A stretch of 64,000 bases of DNA from the NCBI RefSeq assembly GCF_009914755.1, contig NC_060925.1; one strand, written 5' to 3'. The position numbers were made by a program, and so were the translations under genes. The notes under the pieces were generated by a model that saw nothing but the letters and a program-made list of their open reading frames with translations, was not told the DNA's origin and did not search any database. The stretch comes from the human T2T-CHM13v2.0 reference genome, Homo sapiens. This document shows, piece after piece, positions 45,181 to 58,330 of the stretch; positions within the stretch are counted from its first letter, which is position 1, and each line of letters begins with the position of its first letter.

Positions 45181-48100
45181 TTCTTTGGCCTCCTCTCAGG
45201 CTCTGGGGGAAAAAAACCTCTACCAAATCTTAAGCTAAGTACAAAATGTGTGCATGTTTCACTCTTGCCAACGTTTTAGACTTCTGGTGTTAAGCCCTGT
45301 GGAAATGCAAAGAGCATAGTTTTTAATACTTACTCTAAGGGTACTATTTAGGGAAGTAAAAGTTACTCTAAAGGCAAGATTGATTTCCTGCCCTCATGGA
45401 ACTGACCTTTCATAATAGATAGCTTGTTGTCCATGCTAACAAGGGCTTACTACAAGTGCTACGTATTCTCAATTTGTATCAAAAATTGTAGTTTGGGGCC
45501 ACTGGCTTCTTTTTGGAGATGGCCTGATTGATTCCAGACTCTGGATCTGAGAAGCTGACGGTTTTGTACCATTGCCCTACACACATGGAAACACTGCAGA
45601 CTTCAAAGTTCCTTTGTTTTAAGTGCGGTGGAATCATAGTTGAGGGGACAGTGAAGGAAGAGGACAGACTGAGCTGAGGTGTTGTTGCTGCTTTCTCTCA
45701 AAAGGTTGTTAAGAGATCATTCATTTTTGAGGAATTGCAACAAGACTGATTTTTTTTTTTTTTTTATAAAGCGTAGAGTCTTTTAACTCAGGATTAGATG
45801 AATAGCTTTTCAAATGTGTATGAAAGACAAGAATCCCAAAAGATTGGCTCTATTTTAAATAGCAGACTCCAGGGACTCAAGGTTTGTAACAAAAGGGCAG
45901 ATATGGAAGAGATGAACTCCCGGGTCCAACTCTGAGAATAGAGCACCCTCAGGGCTGGGGATCCCTGAGGTGTCAGGGAATGCCAATCTCGCTGGTTCTG
46001 GTTTATTAGCTCGGGGAATCTCGTTAGATATCCTCACAATAAGCTAGTTGGTATTGACTTTGCCTGACCCATATTATAAAGTTCTAACAAGTGGAAAGTA
46101 TAGCCAAGCTTTGGGAAATGCCATAGCATGCAGAATAGAAGAGAAAACCAGCGTCTTAAATGAACAGAGGAGAAATTTGAGCAGAACCACCAACTGGAGA
46201 AATTAGGACACTGGCTGGAATGTTACAGCCACAACAGGGGAAAAAAGCAGAATATTTACTTAGTGAAGACATAATGAGATGGTACAATTCTCTGGTGTCA
46301 ACTTTCACAGAAGAGCTTTGTCTCTGTGCTAATGATGCAGAGAGCAGGGAAGTGATGAGAAAATTGTATAGACCTCAAGAAATCCAACAACAGCAAAAAA
46401 AGAATTTGGAGTTTAGTTTTGTATCTTCTGAGGTCCAGGATTTTTCCATCTCCCTAAATTTGAGAATTCAGGTTCAAGGAAGGACTTGGAGAATAGTCAA
46501 AACATTACTACACTTCTTAAAGCATTCTTAATGGTATTTTTACTAGTGAAATAGAAAATGAAAACACACACATGTAAATAAGCATATTTTATTAATCCTC
46601 CAAATGCCCTGGGTAAACCAGTTTAGAAAACCATCAGATGCAAAGTCTGTCATGGGTCTGGTGACGAGATTAGGATCAGTCCTAATTAGGATTAATGAAA
46701 CAGAGTTTCCCGGGAAGCAACTGTGACAAGCTGTTCTTTGAATTCTGGACATGTAGGAATGATGTGAAAGTCTAGATGATCAGCCTCATGGAGTAAGGGA
46801 TCCGAACCTCCAAAGGGAATAGGCAGAAGAACAATTTCAAATATCTTCACAAGATCAGCCCACAAATGTTTGCCTACCCGTGTGCAGGTTTGCAATTAGA
46901 GGCTTTAGAGCATTGGTTTTGATTCTTAAGCCATTTTTATTTGAGGAGAAAGATGCCTGAGAGTGTTTTTAGTTAATATTCCTTATGGCAAATCTGTGAT
47001 TTTGCAACTAGGATGCAGAGAGGTTAATTGACTTTATTAAGGTCCCACAGCTGGTCATTTGGGTAGAACTGAGCCCCTGGCTTATGGCTAACCTACAGAG
47101 ACTCTCCCTCTCTGTATTTCTAGGATTTTCAGTCATTTCAGAGTTCTGCTGTCCTATTGATGTTGTTTTTTTTTTTTGTATGCATGAATAAGTGCTGCAA
47201 TTAACGGGCTGTGGCGTGAACTAGGGGTGTGAATCAGGATCACTCATCCCACCAAGTTGGGCTTCTGTGTCTTCATGTTTCCACATGGAACTTGGCCTGG
47301 AATAGATCTAAGGGCTTTTCCAGCTCCATTTTTAAAAATTGCTTACTGAATTGTGTAGGATTTGGTATTTCTGCAGTTGGCAAACAGAATACAAGGTTTG
47401 GTGTCAAGTCGAAACTGGAACCATGTAAGCCATTGCATTACTCTGGAACAATCAGCTGACTCTGAAACAATTCTTGTTCACCAATGACAGTTTGGGAATT
47501 TTTTCCCAGTTTGGTAGGGAATTTCTTTTTTGTCATTTTTGATATGTTTGTATGTTTTTGCACAAAGGCCACTCAAAGGTTAAGTCGGGGCATTTTTTAG
47601 AGATGTAATGGGAATATCTGTAAATGGTCCTGCTTTAGACTGGATTATGACTTTAGGAAGCACAGGGCACGTTCAGCCGCATGGCCCTCCAGTCATCCTA
47701 TGTGCAGTCTCACACGTTCCCCACTCTGGGGAAATTGAGGCAAAGAGAGGGGAGATGAGTCGCCCATAGCCTCCCTTGTTGCTCCCACCAAGCCAGGCCC
47801 AGAATTAGTTCCTAACACTTAATGTAACGTTTACCAGGGGCCTGATGCCTGACACACCCTTTGCTAGGCACTAGGATTACAGTGACAAGTTAATTTGGTC
47901 CAGCCTGTCTCCAATTTGGGCATCTCCTTCGTGGCTGTGGTATGGAGTGGCTCAGGGTATAATGCACTGCTGGTTGCCTTGAAAGTTTCCCAAGCATTAG
48001 CCAAGACTTAGGTGAAGAACTTGGACATGGAGGTGACGTAGGCCCTGGGAAGGGACTGCCTAAAGATGTATGTTCATGGGCTCCACAGACAAGAAAGACA

Positions 48101-48308
48101 TGGCAGATTAAACATGGATAGAAAAGGGCATGATGTGTATTAGAATTAAATGCTGCAGCAGTTCCAGCTAATCTAATTTCAGTCTCTTAATCTCATTGTC
48201 TTTCCCCTTGGCAGCATAACTAATAAACAATGCCACTCTGCAACAGTTACATAAAGCACGTATTCAATAGTCAAAAATTCCAAGCTCTTTTCTTCAAAGG
48301 TTAGGTCT

Positions 48309-48629
<321 letters not shown>

Positions 48630-49890
48630 AGGTCTATTTTTTAAATGGATAAAAGAAAGAGGGTGGCTCAATTTTGTGACAGGGTCTTTAAATTTGTCAG
48701 TTTGTGCATTTCATCTTCTGGTGCCCCAGAGCTCTGAGTGTAGCTGAAACTCATGCCCGGTATGGGGAAGAACCGGGGCAGGGTGGGGCCCTTTAGCCTC
48801 TGGGTTTGGTTTCTCCTCTCCTGGAACCTGTATTCCTATGATTACTTGCCCCATATTCCAGAGAATTCCAGCTCTGCAGCTGTGGCTGTCGCATCTCACA
48901 CTCAAACTGACTGAGATGAACAATTACTGGTTTTCTCTCCCCGCTTCCCATCTCTTTGTGTACATTGCTTTTTGTTTTTCTCTTTTTTCTTCCTTCTCCC
49001 ATTTCTCTCTTTTTCTTTTTGTTCTTTTTTCTCTCTTTGTTCCTCGTTTGCCCTTTCTTCCCCGAATCCAGCAATTTGTCTTACTACCACTATATTGAAT
49101 TATGTATAAGCCGAAGCATCTTAGTTCATTCAATAAAGCTTTCTGTACCCTATTCACCATGTTAAAAATCAAGTGAAAACAAAGTTTTATCCCTTAAAAA
49201 CAAACAAAACTCCAACAACCCCAACCCAACTAAATTAAGTCCATTCCTATTTGTATACATCTGTTAATTAATGTATGAATTAATGTATTTATTAGATAAA
49301 TTCCATATCCAGACACATCCTATACTGGTAATACTAAGGAGAACAGACACAGTCCCTAAGGTCCTAAGGTTGACTATTTACTTGGGGAGAGAGACTGACA
49401 ACAGGCAGTTACAAAGCAAGACATGCTGTAGGCCCTGGGATTGCATGGACAGTGTCCACTGTCAGTGGAGTCCTGTGGAGGGGGTGGCGCTGATCATTCA
49501 GTGCGGGGAACAAGTGGTCAAGACATGCTTCCTGGGGCACTGGCTCTTGGTTGACTATTTGGGAGTGAGAAACAGTGGTAGCCTTTGCCCAATAGAAGAG
49601 CCGCCCCCAGGTGATTCTGTACATAGGAGCTGGCCTAGGAGTAGCCTCTGGCCTGACCCTGACATCAGGGTTGAGTTGATTAGGGTTGTGATTCCATCTT
49701 GACTACTCAGTCTGAATTTGCTGAGTTGCAAATTGAAAGTGAAATCAATTACATCCAGATTCAGACCATTTGATTTTATTTTCATTTGATCATAAACATC
49801 ACAAAACACGGGATAGAGAGAGCCTATTGTGCTCAGTTATTCAAATAATCCTAATTATGATCACTCATTCAAATGATTCTTAAATGATTC

Positions 49891-50195
<305 letters not shown>

Positions 50196-50409
50196 CCAAA
50201 TGATTCTTTTTTTTAAAATACAATCTTTTGCTGTTAGCACATTTTCTGAAGAGGGTGGCTCTACTTGAGCCGTACATTCTCTGGATGATGTGGGCCTGAG
50301 CTGCCCAATATGAACTCAAGAGTAGCGAGAAACCAAGCCCACAGGCCTTATCTGCTCCAGGGCTTTTCCACCTGGCAGACGGAATTGAAGCTCTTACTCG
50401 ATCGCAGTT

Positions 50410-50525
50410 GTGCCTGCTTCACAGGGTTGTTGTCAGTATTAAATGTGGCAATACAAATAAAGCTCTCAGAACAGAAGCCCGCTCATGGTAAGTGCTCAAA
50501 AGTGGCAATGGTGATAATGATGATC
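50410..50525 (+). mobile_element. MIR 3' part
   Basis: cacagggttgttgtcagtattaaatg...catggtaagtgctcaa. Confidence 0.65.
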
Positions 50526-52001
50526 TATGAGCCCACCTGTTTCACATCCTCAAAGGCCTCTGAGGCTGAAGCTGATCTCATCATGTCAACTGGACTCCTT
50601 GTTTCATTATACACCCTGACTATGTCGCTGAAAACACCCCCCAAAACATCACTGAGGAATAAGTATTGAGATCCAGCATACCTGCAAGGTGAATTCACAT
50701 GCATATGTGCAAAACTGCAAGCTTCATGGTGGGACCATATCACCTCTTCTAGGAGACTCTTTTTAAAAAGCTTGATCTCTATCTTAAGCCGCACATGTTG
50801 GAACTAAGAAATCTAAGGGAGGAACCCCAGATAGAGATGCAGTTGGCCCTTTGCTGAATCTCGGTCCTTCCTGGAGCAGGCGGGCAGCCCTGCCCCTTTA
50901 TCTTCTGGCAATACAAAGGATAAAAGAAAACAGTTATCAGGTGCTGAGGGGCCAGATCTGAGCCCCGATAATGGGAATCCTGAAACATGAGCAGCCTCTT
51001 CTGTTTGCAGAGTCTCATCATGCAAGGCAGAGTGCTGGAGGTAGGGCTATAAATTGAGGGTGAAGGAAAGGCAGCCCTCCTAGGCCCTGCGTATCGCCAG
51101 TTGTGGAATTCTCTTTTGCAAGAGGTCACTGAGTCAAATGCTGTGGATGGATAATTTTATGGCCACTAATAAAATTTATAGCCAAAGCAAGCTAAGATAA
51201 TAAGAGTAATCAAACGTCCAGCCCTGGGACATAAGAATCCCATCCTGGCCTGGGGTGCTGGCTGGGGGTGCTGGACAGCACAGAGAGGAGTTTATCTGTC
51301 TGACTCAAGGCCAGCCTCAGAGTCTCAGAGGTGATTTGTGTCCACATGAACTGCGAGGACTAGGCCAGGTCTGGGGCAAGCTTCAGCTTGGGCAGTAACT
51401 GCTGTTTCTCTGCAGACAGCATGCCAACAGCAGCAGGAAAAAGCTATATCCTATTTAAATGCCTAAAAGCAAATCGTGAGCCTAAGAAAAGATCTGAACC
51501 ACCCCAGCTCTGGAATACTACATTATGGAAGGAATGCTAACTGGTCATTCACGTGTGACTTGCCAGGTGTGAGGGAAGATAAAGAAGGATGCAAGTATTA
51601 CTCATGCAAGTATAAAGAAATCAGATGACGTTTAACCAAAGAGTTGGGTTTGTGTGGGGGCTTTCCCCTGCCCATCTCCTCCCTCTTCTCCGAGCTTAGC
51701 TCCTCTCTGAGTTTCCTTCCCATCCCAGTTCTTCCTCCTGTAGGCCTGGGGCATAGGCAAAGTGGGATCTTGTCACTGAGGCCACCCTGCAGAACACACC
51801 TCGTGACATCTATAGAGGCATATCAGTCACTGGAAGACAGAAACCCTGGGTTCTTGGCCCTCTTCTCTTGACTCGGGCCTCACCGTTGATGGTCCTTATG
51901 ACCACACTCTCTAAAATGGCACAGCAGGTAGGTAGCCACGTGGAACAAGTTGAGAACAAGTAACACTCTGGTGTTGTGGGATTCTCTCTCTCTCTCTCTT
52001 A

Positions 52002-52275
52002 TTTTTTGAGACAGGGTCTCGCTCTGTCACCCAAGCTGGAGTGCAGTGGCACAATCATAGCTCACTGTAGCCCCCAACCACCCAAGCTCAAGAGATCCTC
52101 CCACCTCAGCCTCCCGAGTAGCTGGAATTACAGGCGCGTGCCACCATGCCTGCCTAATTTTTGTATTTTTGGTAGAGACAGGGTTTCACCATGTTACCCA
52201 GCCTGGTCTTGAACTCCTGAGCTCAAGCAATCTGTCTGCCTCGGCCCCCCAAAGGCTTGAGCCACCCCACCTGGC
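52002..52275 (-). mobile_element. AluJb-like
   Basis: Reverse dimer with small deletion. Confidence 0.88.
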
Positions 52276-52282
52276 CTTCTTT

Positions 52283-52525
52283 CTTTTTTTATTGTGGTAA
52301 AATATATATAACCTAAAATTTACCATCTTCACCATTTTTAAGCATGCAGTTCTGTGACATTAAGTATATTCACATTGTTACACAACCATCACCACCATCT
52401 ACCACCAAAAGAACTTTTTCATCTTCCCAAACTGTAACTCTGCCCCCGTTAACAATAACTCTATGAATTTGACTATTTTAGGTACTTCAGATAGGTGGAA
52501 TCATACAATATTTGCTCTTCTGTAT
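52283..52525 (-). mobile_element. L1MB 3' end
   Basis: ttattgtggtaaaatatatataacctaaaatttaccatc...cattaagtatattcacattgt. Confidence 0.8.
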
Positions 52526-54198
52526 TATTTTTAAATAAAAACTCTTTTGATGAGATAGGTCAGAGAAAATCCATTTTATTGCCCTAGTTTTTAGTACATT
52601 TTATTCAAACAAGAACCCAGCAATAGTTAACTTGCTGCAATGTCTACTGAGACGTCTAAACCAAAACATGTCTTGCTGATGCCAGCTTTTGCCCTCTTCA
52701 CAAATCCTGCTTAGGAAAGGTTCATGACACTGCCACAGTAGGCCTGACCCTGCCAGGGAAAGGCATCACCGCGGTTCTGGGTAGCTCTGGTGTGCGCGAA
52801 GAAAAGAGACAAGCAGGGTGAGAGTGAAGTCTAAATGGATCAACAAGTTTGCCTGATACCTTGGAGTCAGGAAGCACGGGAAGAAAGAGTTGAGTGGAAT
52901 AGCTTAGTGAGGTCTGAGGCCTGCCTGATCCAGAGGAGACACTGACAAACACAGACGCTGCAGAAGAGGAAGCCGTCCCAGGTTAGGAGGCATCCCAGTG
53001 CTTCCCTCCTCAGTGAGTCATTTCATCTGTTTCTCTGCCTGCAAGGAAGAAATAAACATAACTCATAAAATGAAGCATTTCACCTCGCCGGGGGAGTGGC
53101 ATTGAAGTGAGAGGCATGCATCTGTGGGTGTCAGAGCAAGAGTCCTCTGTAGCTGCTTGTCCTTGACCTGGAAGGAAGGGTCTGGTGGGGTGACAAAGTG
53201 ACATCTGCTCCTTAGAGGGAGCCTGTTCTTGGAGACCCCTCTGCCAGATACATTTTTATAGTCAGCTCCAGAAGTGACTTGATGTGGGGATTGAGACATA
53301 TTCCTGCAGTCAAAGACTCATACATAGAAAGGGACATAATTTTTTTTTCTTTCTCTCTCTTATGAGCAAAGACTGAATAAGGCTTATGTGGACTCTATCA
53401 CTGCATCGTGATGACTGGAGTAAGGTGCCCTCCGTCCATCATCGTCAGCTTTCTATTCTGTGTCTGACTGCAGTGGAACATCGGCGTGATCAACTCTACA
53501 TTATTTAACTTTGATCCGGGCGTGCATTGTTTGATCTTTTCCTTTGCAGATTGACTTTCATAATTTATATTTTATAGAATACACAGAAATGTATTCTGGC
53601 ATATTCTAAGAGCATAACGGCTGACAGCATAGACACATCCTAAGACAATACTAAGGGTTTACAAATTAGCTGTGGATGGTCTTTTCCAAGATAATTGTGA
53701 GTTGATTTGTGCTAACCTGGATCAGAAATATTTATCAAGCACTCACTGTTTACAAAACTATAAAAGCATTAAGTAACAGTGTAAGTAGCAGATAGCAATA
53801 AAAGATGTCCCAAGGCAGTGAGATATTAATTGTGTAAGAGAAAATGTTATTAAATGTTATTTTCTGGGATTTGAGGAGGGGGAGCCTGTCATTAAATGTC
53901 ATTAATTAAAGACTGAGTAGGAAGCAATTGCTCTCCGTAGATGTCTCTACACAGGAAACGGATACTGTTTGGTGTTCCCTGCTGTCTTGGCAGAGTCAGA
54001 GGGAGGTAGCTTTCTGGGTCAATAATGCCGTTTAAGATGAACGCCCATGCTGACACACTCTGGTAGCTCTCAGAGTCCTTCCTTCAGTGTAGAAGTTAAA
54101 GGTCAGCAGCTTACAGATTGCAATTTGCATTGTGGAAGCAACCTTAGGAAGAGCCACACGTCTTTTATCTTGATTCTGTGGTCAAGATGGTAACCACA

Positions 54199-54241
54199 TT
54201 TGGGATTCTCTCTTTCTTTGGGATTCTCTCTTTCTTTGGGA
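54199..54241. repeat. Tandem duplication, 2.4 x 18 bp
   Basis: tttgggattctctctttc twice plus tttggga. Confidence 0.9.
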
Positions 54242-54921
54242 ATGAGTACCAAGCTCCTCATACTGAGGTATCAGTGTAGACATTTAAATGTGGTTGAAAG
54301 ACGTGAATTAAAAGTTAAAATAGAAGGAGAAGCTTTATTTCGATGTGGCCTGTGAAAAGCAGACTTTCACTGCTCGTTAATGGTGCACGGAATTCTCATG
54401 GACGTTGAGAATGTCACATGTACACGCACATGCACACGTGTCGACACCTGCGCAGACACACATGTGCACCCTCTCCCTGCAGCCTGGCCCCTTTTGCTGC
54501 CACCTGTATTCATTTTCCCACCACCCCGAGGGATATGATGTGCTGTTTGGAAAGTAACAGATATCCTTAAGGAGTGAAATGGTCCCCTGTAATCAAGATG
54601 GAGAGCTAAAAACAGGTTTCAATCAGAACTAAACCAAATAAAATCCCGTGGTGAAAATTTAGTTCCCCTTAAAGCTTGTGATTAGGACCACCCCGTGTGT
54701 TTTCGGCCACTGCTTTTAGACGGTGACAGTGACACATACACGTAACGAAGATAATGAGGCCTTTCCACTAGCACTGTAGGGTTTTCAAACATGTTAGATG
54801 GATATTTGGAGGTTTTCTCAGGAAGAATCATGTATCTTTCACAGTATCGCAAGAGAAGAAATAAATTCCTAAGAGTCTAACACGCAGATGTAAGCCATAG
54901 TCCTTTAAAAATAAGGCTCTT

Positions 54922-55262
<341 letters not shown>

Positions 55263-56482
55263 TCAAGTTTCAGGAGAACATCTTCTAATAGTGGACTGCA
55301 GGGAGGGGCTCTGAGGGCAGCCTCGAGTTAGGAAGTGGTCCTGAAGGGGAGAGTGGAGGGAGGGAGATGGAACTGAGGCCTGACATGCTGCACAGAAGCC
55401 ACCTCAGCCGAATGGATCAGCATCCCAACCGTGGCTCCTCCTCCTACTAGCTGATTTCCCTTGGGGAAGGAGCTCAACCTCTCTGACCCTCAGTTCCCTC
55501 TTTGGTGAAAGGGTTGAATTGTCTTGGAATCCACAGGTGACCACCTCAGGACTGCAGTGAGGGATCTGTATGCATCCAGTAAAGCCTGTCCTTAGCTCTG
55601 TCTTGTGGCTGCCCACCTGGCCTGGGGGCCAGAGATGGGGCTGGAGAAGGGGCAGGCTTCCTCCGGGAGCTCATCCCCACACCCAGTGGAGTTAGCGTAG
55701 CCAAGGCTTCCAGCAGAGTTTTACATCCAGAGTCATCTTTGTTATAGGTAGCAGCAAGAAGCAGTCTCTCCTGGGAAGACTTGCTTTGAAGTGTGGGGAG
55801 TCGCACTGACTTGTAGGAAAGGCCACTGCCTTGAGATGAAATTCCAAAGCCAAGAGGAAAAGTGCTGTTGAGGAGGTGGGATGGGAGGTCAACTCCTCAA
55901 GTCCCTCAAGGAATTCAGTGGAAGCCACTCCTGAGAACCGGCTGGAGGTGGGAAGCCTGAAGAATGAGGGAGTTCACGGTAGGGGCCTGAGGTGCGTGAG
56001 GCTTGTTTGTGTTGGTCTGAGCAGGGCTGAAGCCGTGGGCCCAGGGCCTCTTTCCTTCAGAAACAGTCGGAAGTGACCAAGCTTCAGCTCCTCCTCCTCC
56101 CCAGGCCTCGGCACCCAGGCCCGGTGCTGCGGGGCTCACGTATGGGAACTGAGAAAGGGAATATGGAGTCTTCCTTCTAGGCCCCACAGAGGCCTCTTTG
56201 ACCTCAAGACTTGGCTAGAAACACATTTTGGAAGCTTCCGCATTTCCAAGTCACAGATAATATTTCTACACACACACAGACACACGCTCTTATTTTAGAG
56301 AAGGGACAGAACATTTGTCTCTGGCTGACTACAAGTTTCTTTATCTACCTTCCTTTCAAATCTCCTGAGGACAGAGACTAAGCAAAGTTTACCTTTTGTA
56401 ATCCCCCAAGTCTGTCTGGTGCTCAGGTTATTCAGTAAACTTCAGTAACTGAGGTCAGATGGTAGAAGGAAGGGGAAAAAAA

Positions 56483-56610
56483 CGGGAATCAGAGGCCTGT
56501 GTTTCCAGCTCAACTTCCCTACTTGACGGCTGAGTGGCTTTGGACCAATCATCGGACTCCTCTCCTCGCCTCTGTTTTCTCATCTGTGAAGTGGAAACAA
56601 TAGCCAACCA
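56483..56610 (+). mobile_element. MIR
   Basis: gcctctgttttctcatctgtgaagtggaaacaatag. Confidence 0.6.
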
Positions 56611-57525
56611 GTCTACATAACTTAATGTTGTTTCCAATGTGCCTTCTATGAGGAAGGAGAGGTTATCAGCAGCAAAGGGATAGACACATCTGAGGGCATC
56701 CCTTATGCTGTTAATGACTGTTTAATTGTCATAGAATATGGATCACTGCCATTCTTTGCTTGACATAAAAACAACTCAGAGACACACTGTCACCGTTTCA
56801 GAGAGCTTCAGAAAGAATTTGGATTGGAGTGCTTCTTTCATAGCCAGATCTCATGTAGTAGGTCATTATTTTGTTTCTTTGATTAATAGGACAATTCGGT
56901 TACAACCGAAGGTACTGTAACCCTGCAACCCTAGAGAGGATTTGCAGGGCTGAGGAAGAGTAAATTCCTATTAGCAAGTATCTTGGTGGCAAGCAAGATG
57001 GCACCTTGGTAAGAAGTTATCCATCCAACTCAGCACTCCAAAGACCTGCATACCAGTGTATGCGGGAAAAACCATAGCCGGTCTAACAGGGAGGCGCCTT
57101 CTCGCTCAGAATCATCTACAATGGATATGATTGTAATTGTTGAAGAAGCTACAGCTGCTTCTACTGAGAGCAAGCCTCGCTCTTCTGTTTTTCAGAATTA
57201 TAAAAATGGAGCTAAACAGAGATAATGGAAGTTGCTTTTGGAGCACTATCTTGCAGACTGTCTTTGCACAAGATATTGACAGGAAATGTCTGCACGTTTC
57301 TTAGAGCCTCCTGAATCTTCAGCATCTACTTTTTTTTTTTTTTTTGCCTGACATATACCAAGCACCCAACACATGGTTGTTCATACGAATGAATGAACAA
57401 ATGAACTAGTAGACTAAAAAAGAGGCAGCTCTTGATCCCCAAACATTGTGGAGCCAAAACACTATCCTTTGACAGTGATGAGGATGGGAGAAAAGACTGT
57501 CATATCTTAAGAATTAAACAAAATA

Positions 57526-57892
<367 letters not shown>

Positions 57893-57954
57893 TTAAAAGA
57901 CTTAAGAAAATTTACGTAGATACACGTGAGCAGTAGAAAGTAAGAATAGCTCAG

Positions 57955-58330
57955 ATTTATTTCACAAACATGTTTTGAGCATCTTTGTGTGCCAGCCATT
58001 GTATTGACCTTGGTATACAGTGGTGAGCAAACCAGCCTTAGACCTAGAGACCTGGGGCTTTTGTGTAGTGGGGGAAAATGACTTACTATTAAATGCATGA
58101 TATGAACCGAAGTGGAGATACTGAGGGAAAAGATTGAGGCTCTGTAAAAGCATCCAGCAGAGGAAGCATAGGCTGGAAGAAGGCTTCTCGGAGGAAGTGA
58201 GGCTTGAGCTTACATCTGCAGGAAAAGTGGGAGCATTCCATATGGAGAGCAAAGGCCCCACGGCAGAAGGAGCAGGAGGTGTGTTTGAGGACCTTGCCCG
58301 AGGCTGGAGCCCTGGAGTGTGAAACTGAGG
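57955..58330 (-). mobile_element. L2
   Basis: cacaaacatgttttgagcatctttgtgtgccagcc...gaaggcttctcggaggaagtgaggcttgagct. Confidence 0.7.
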
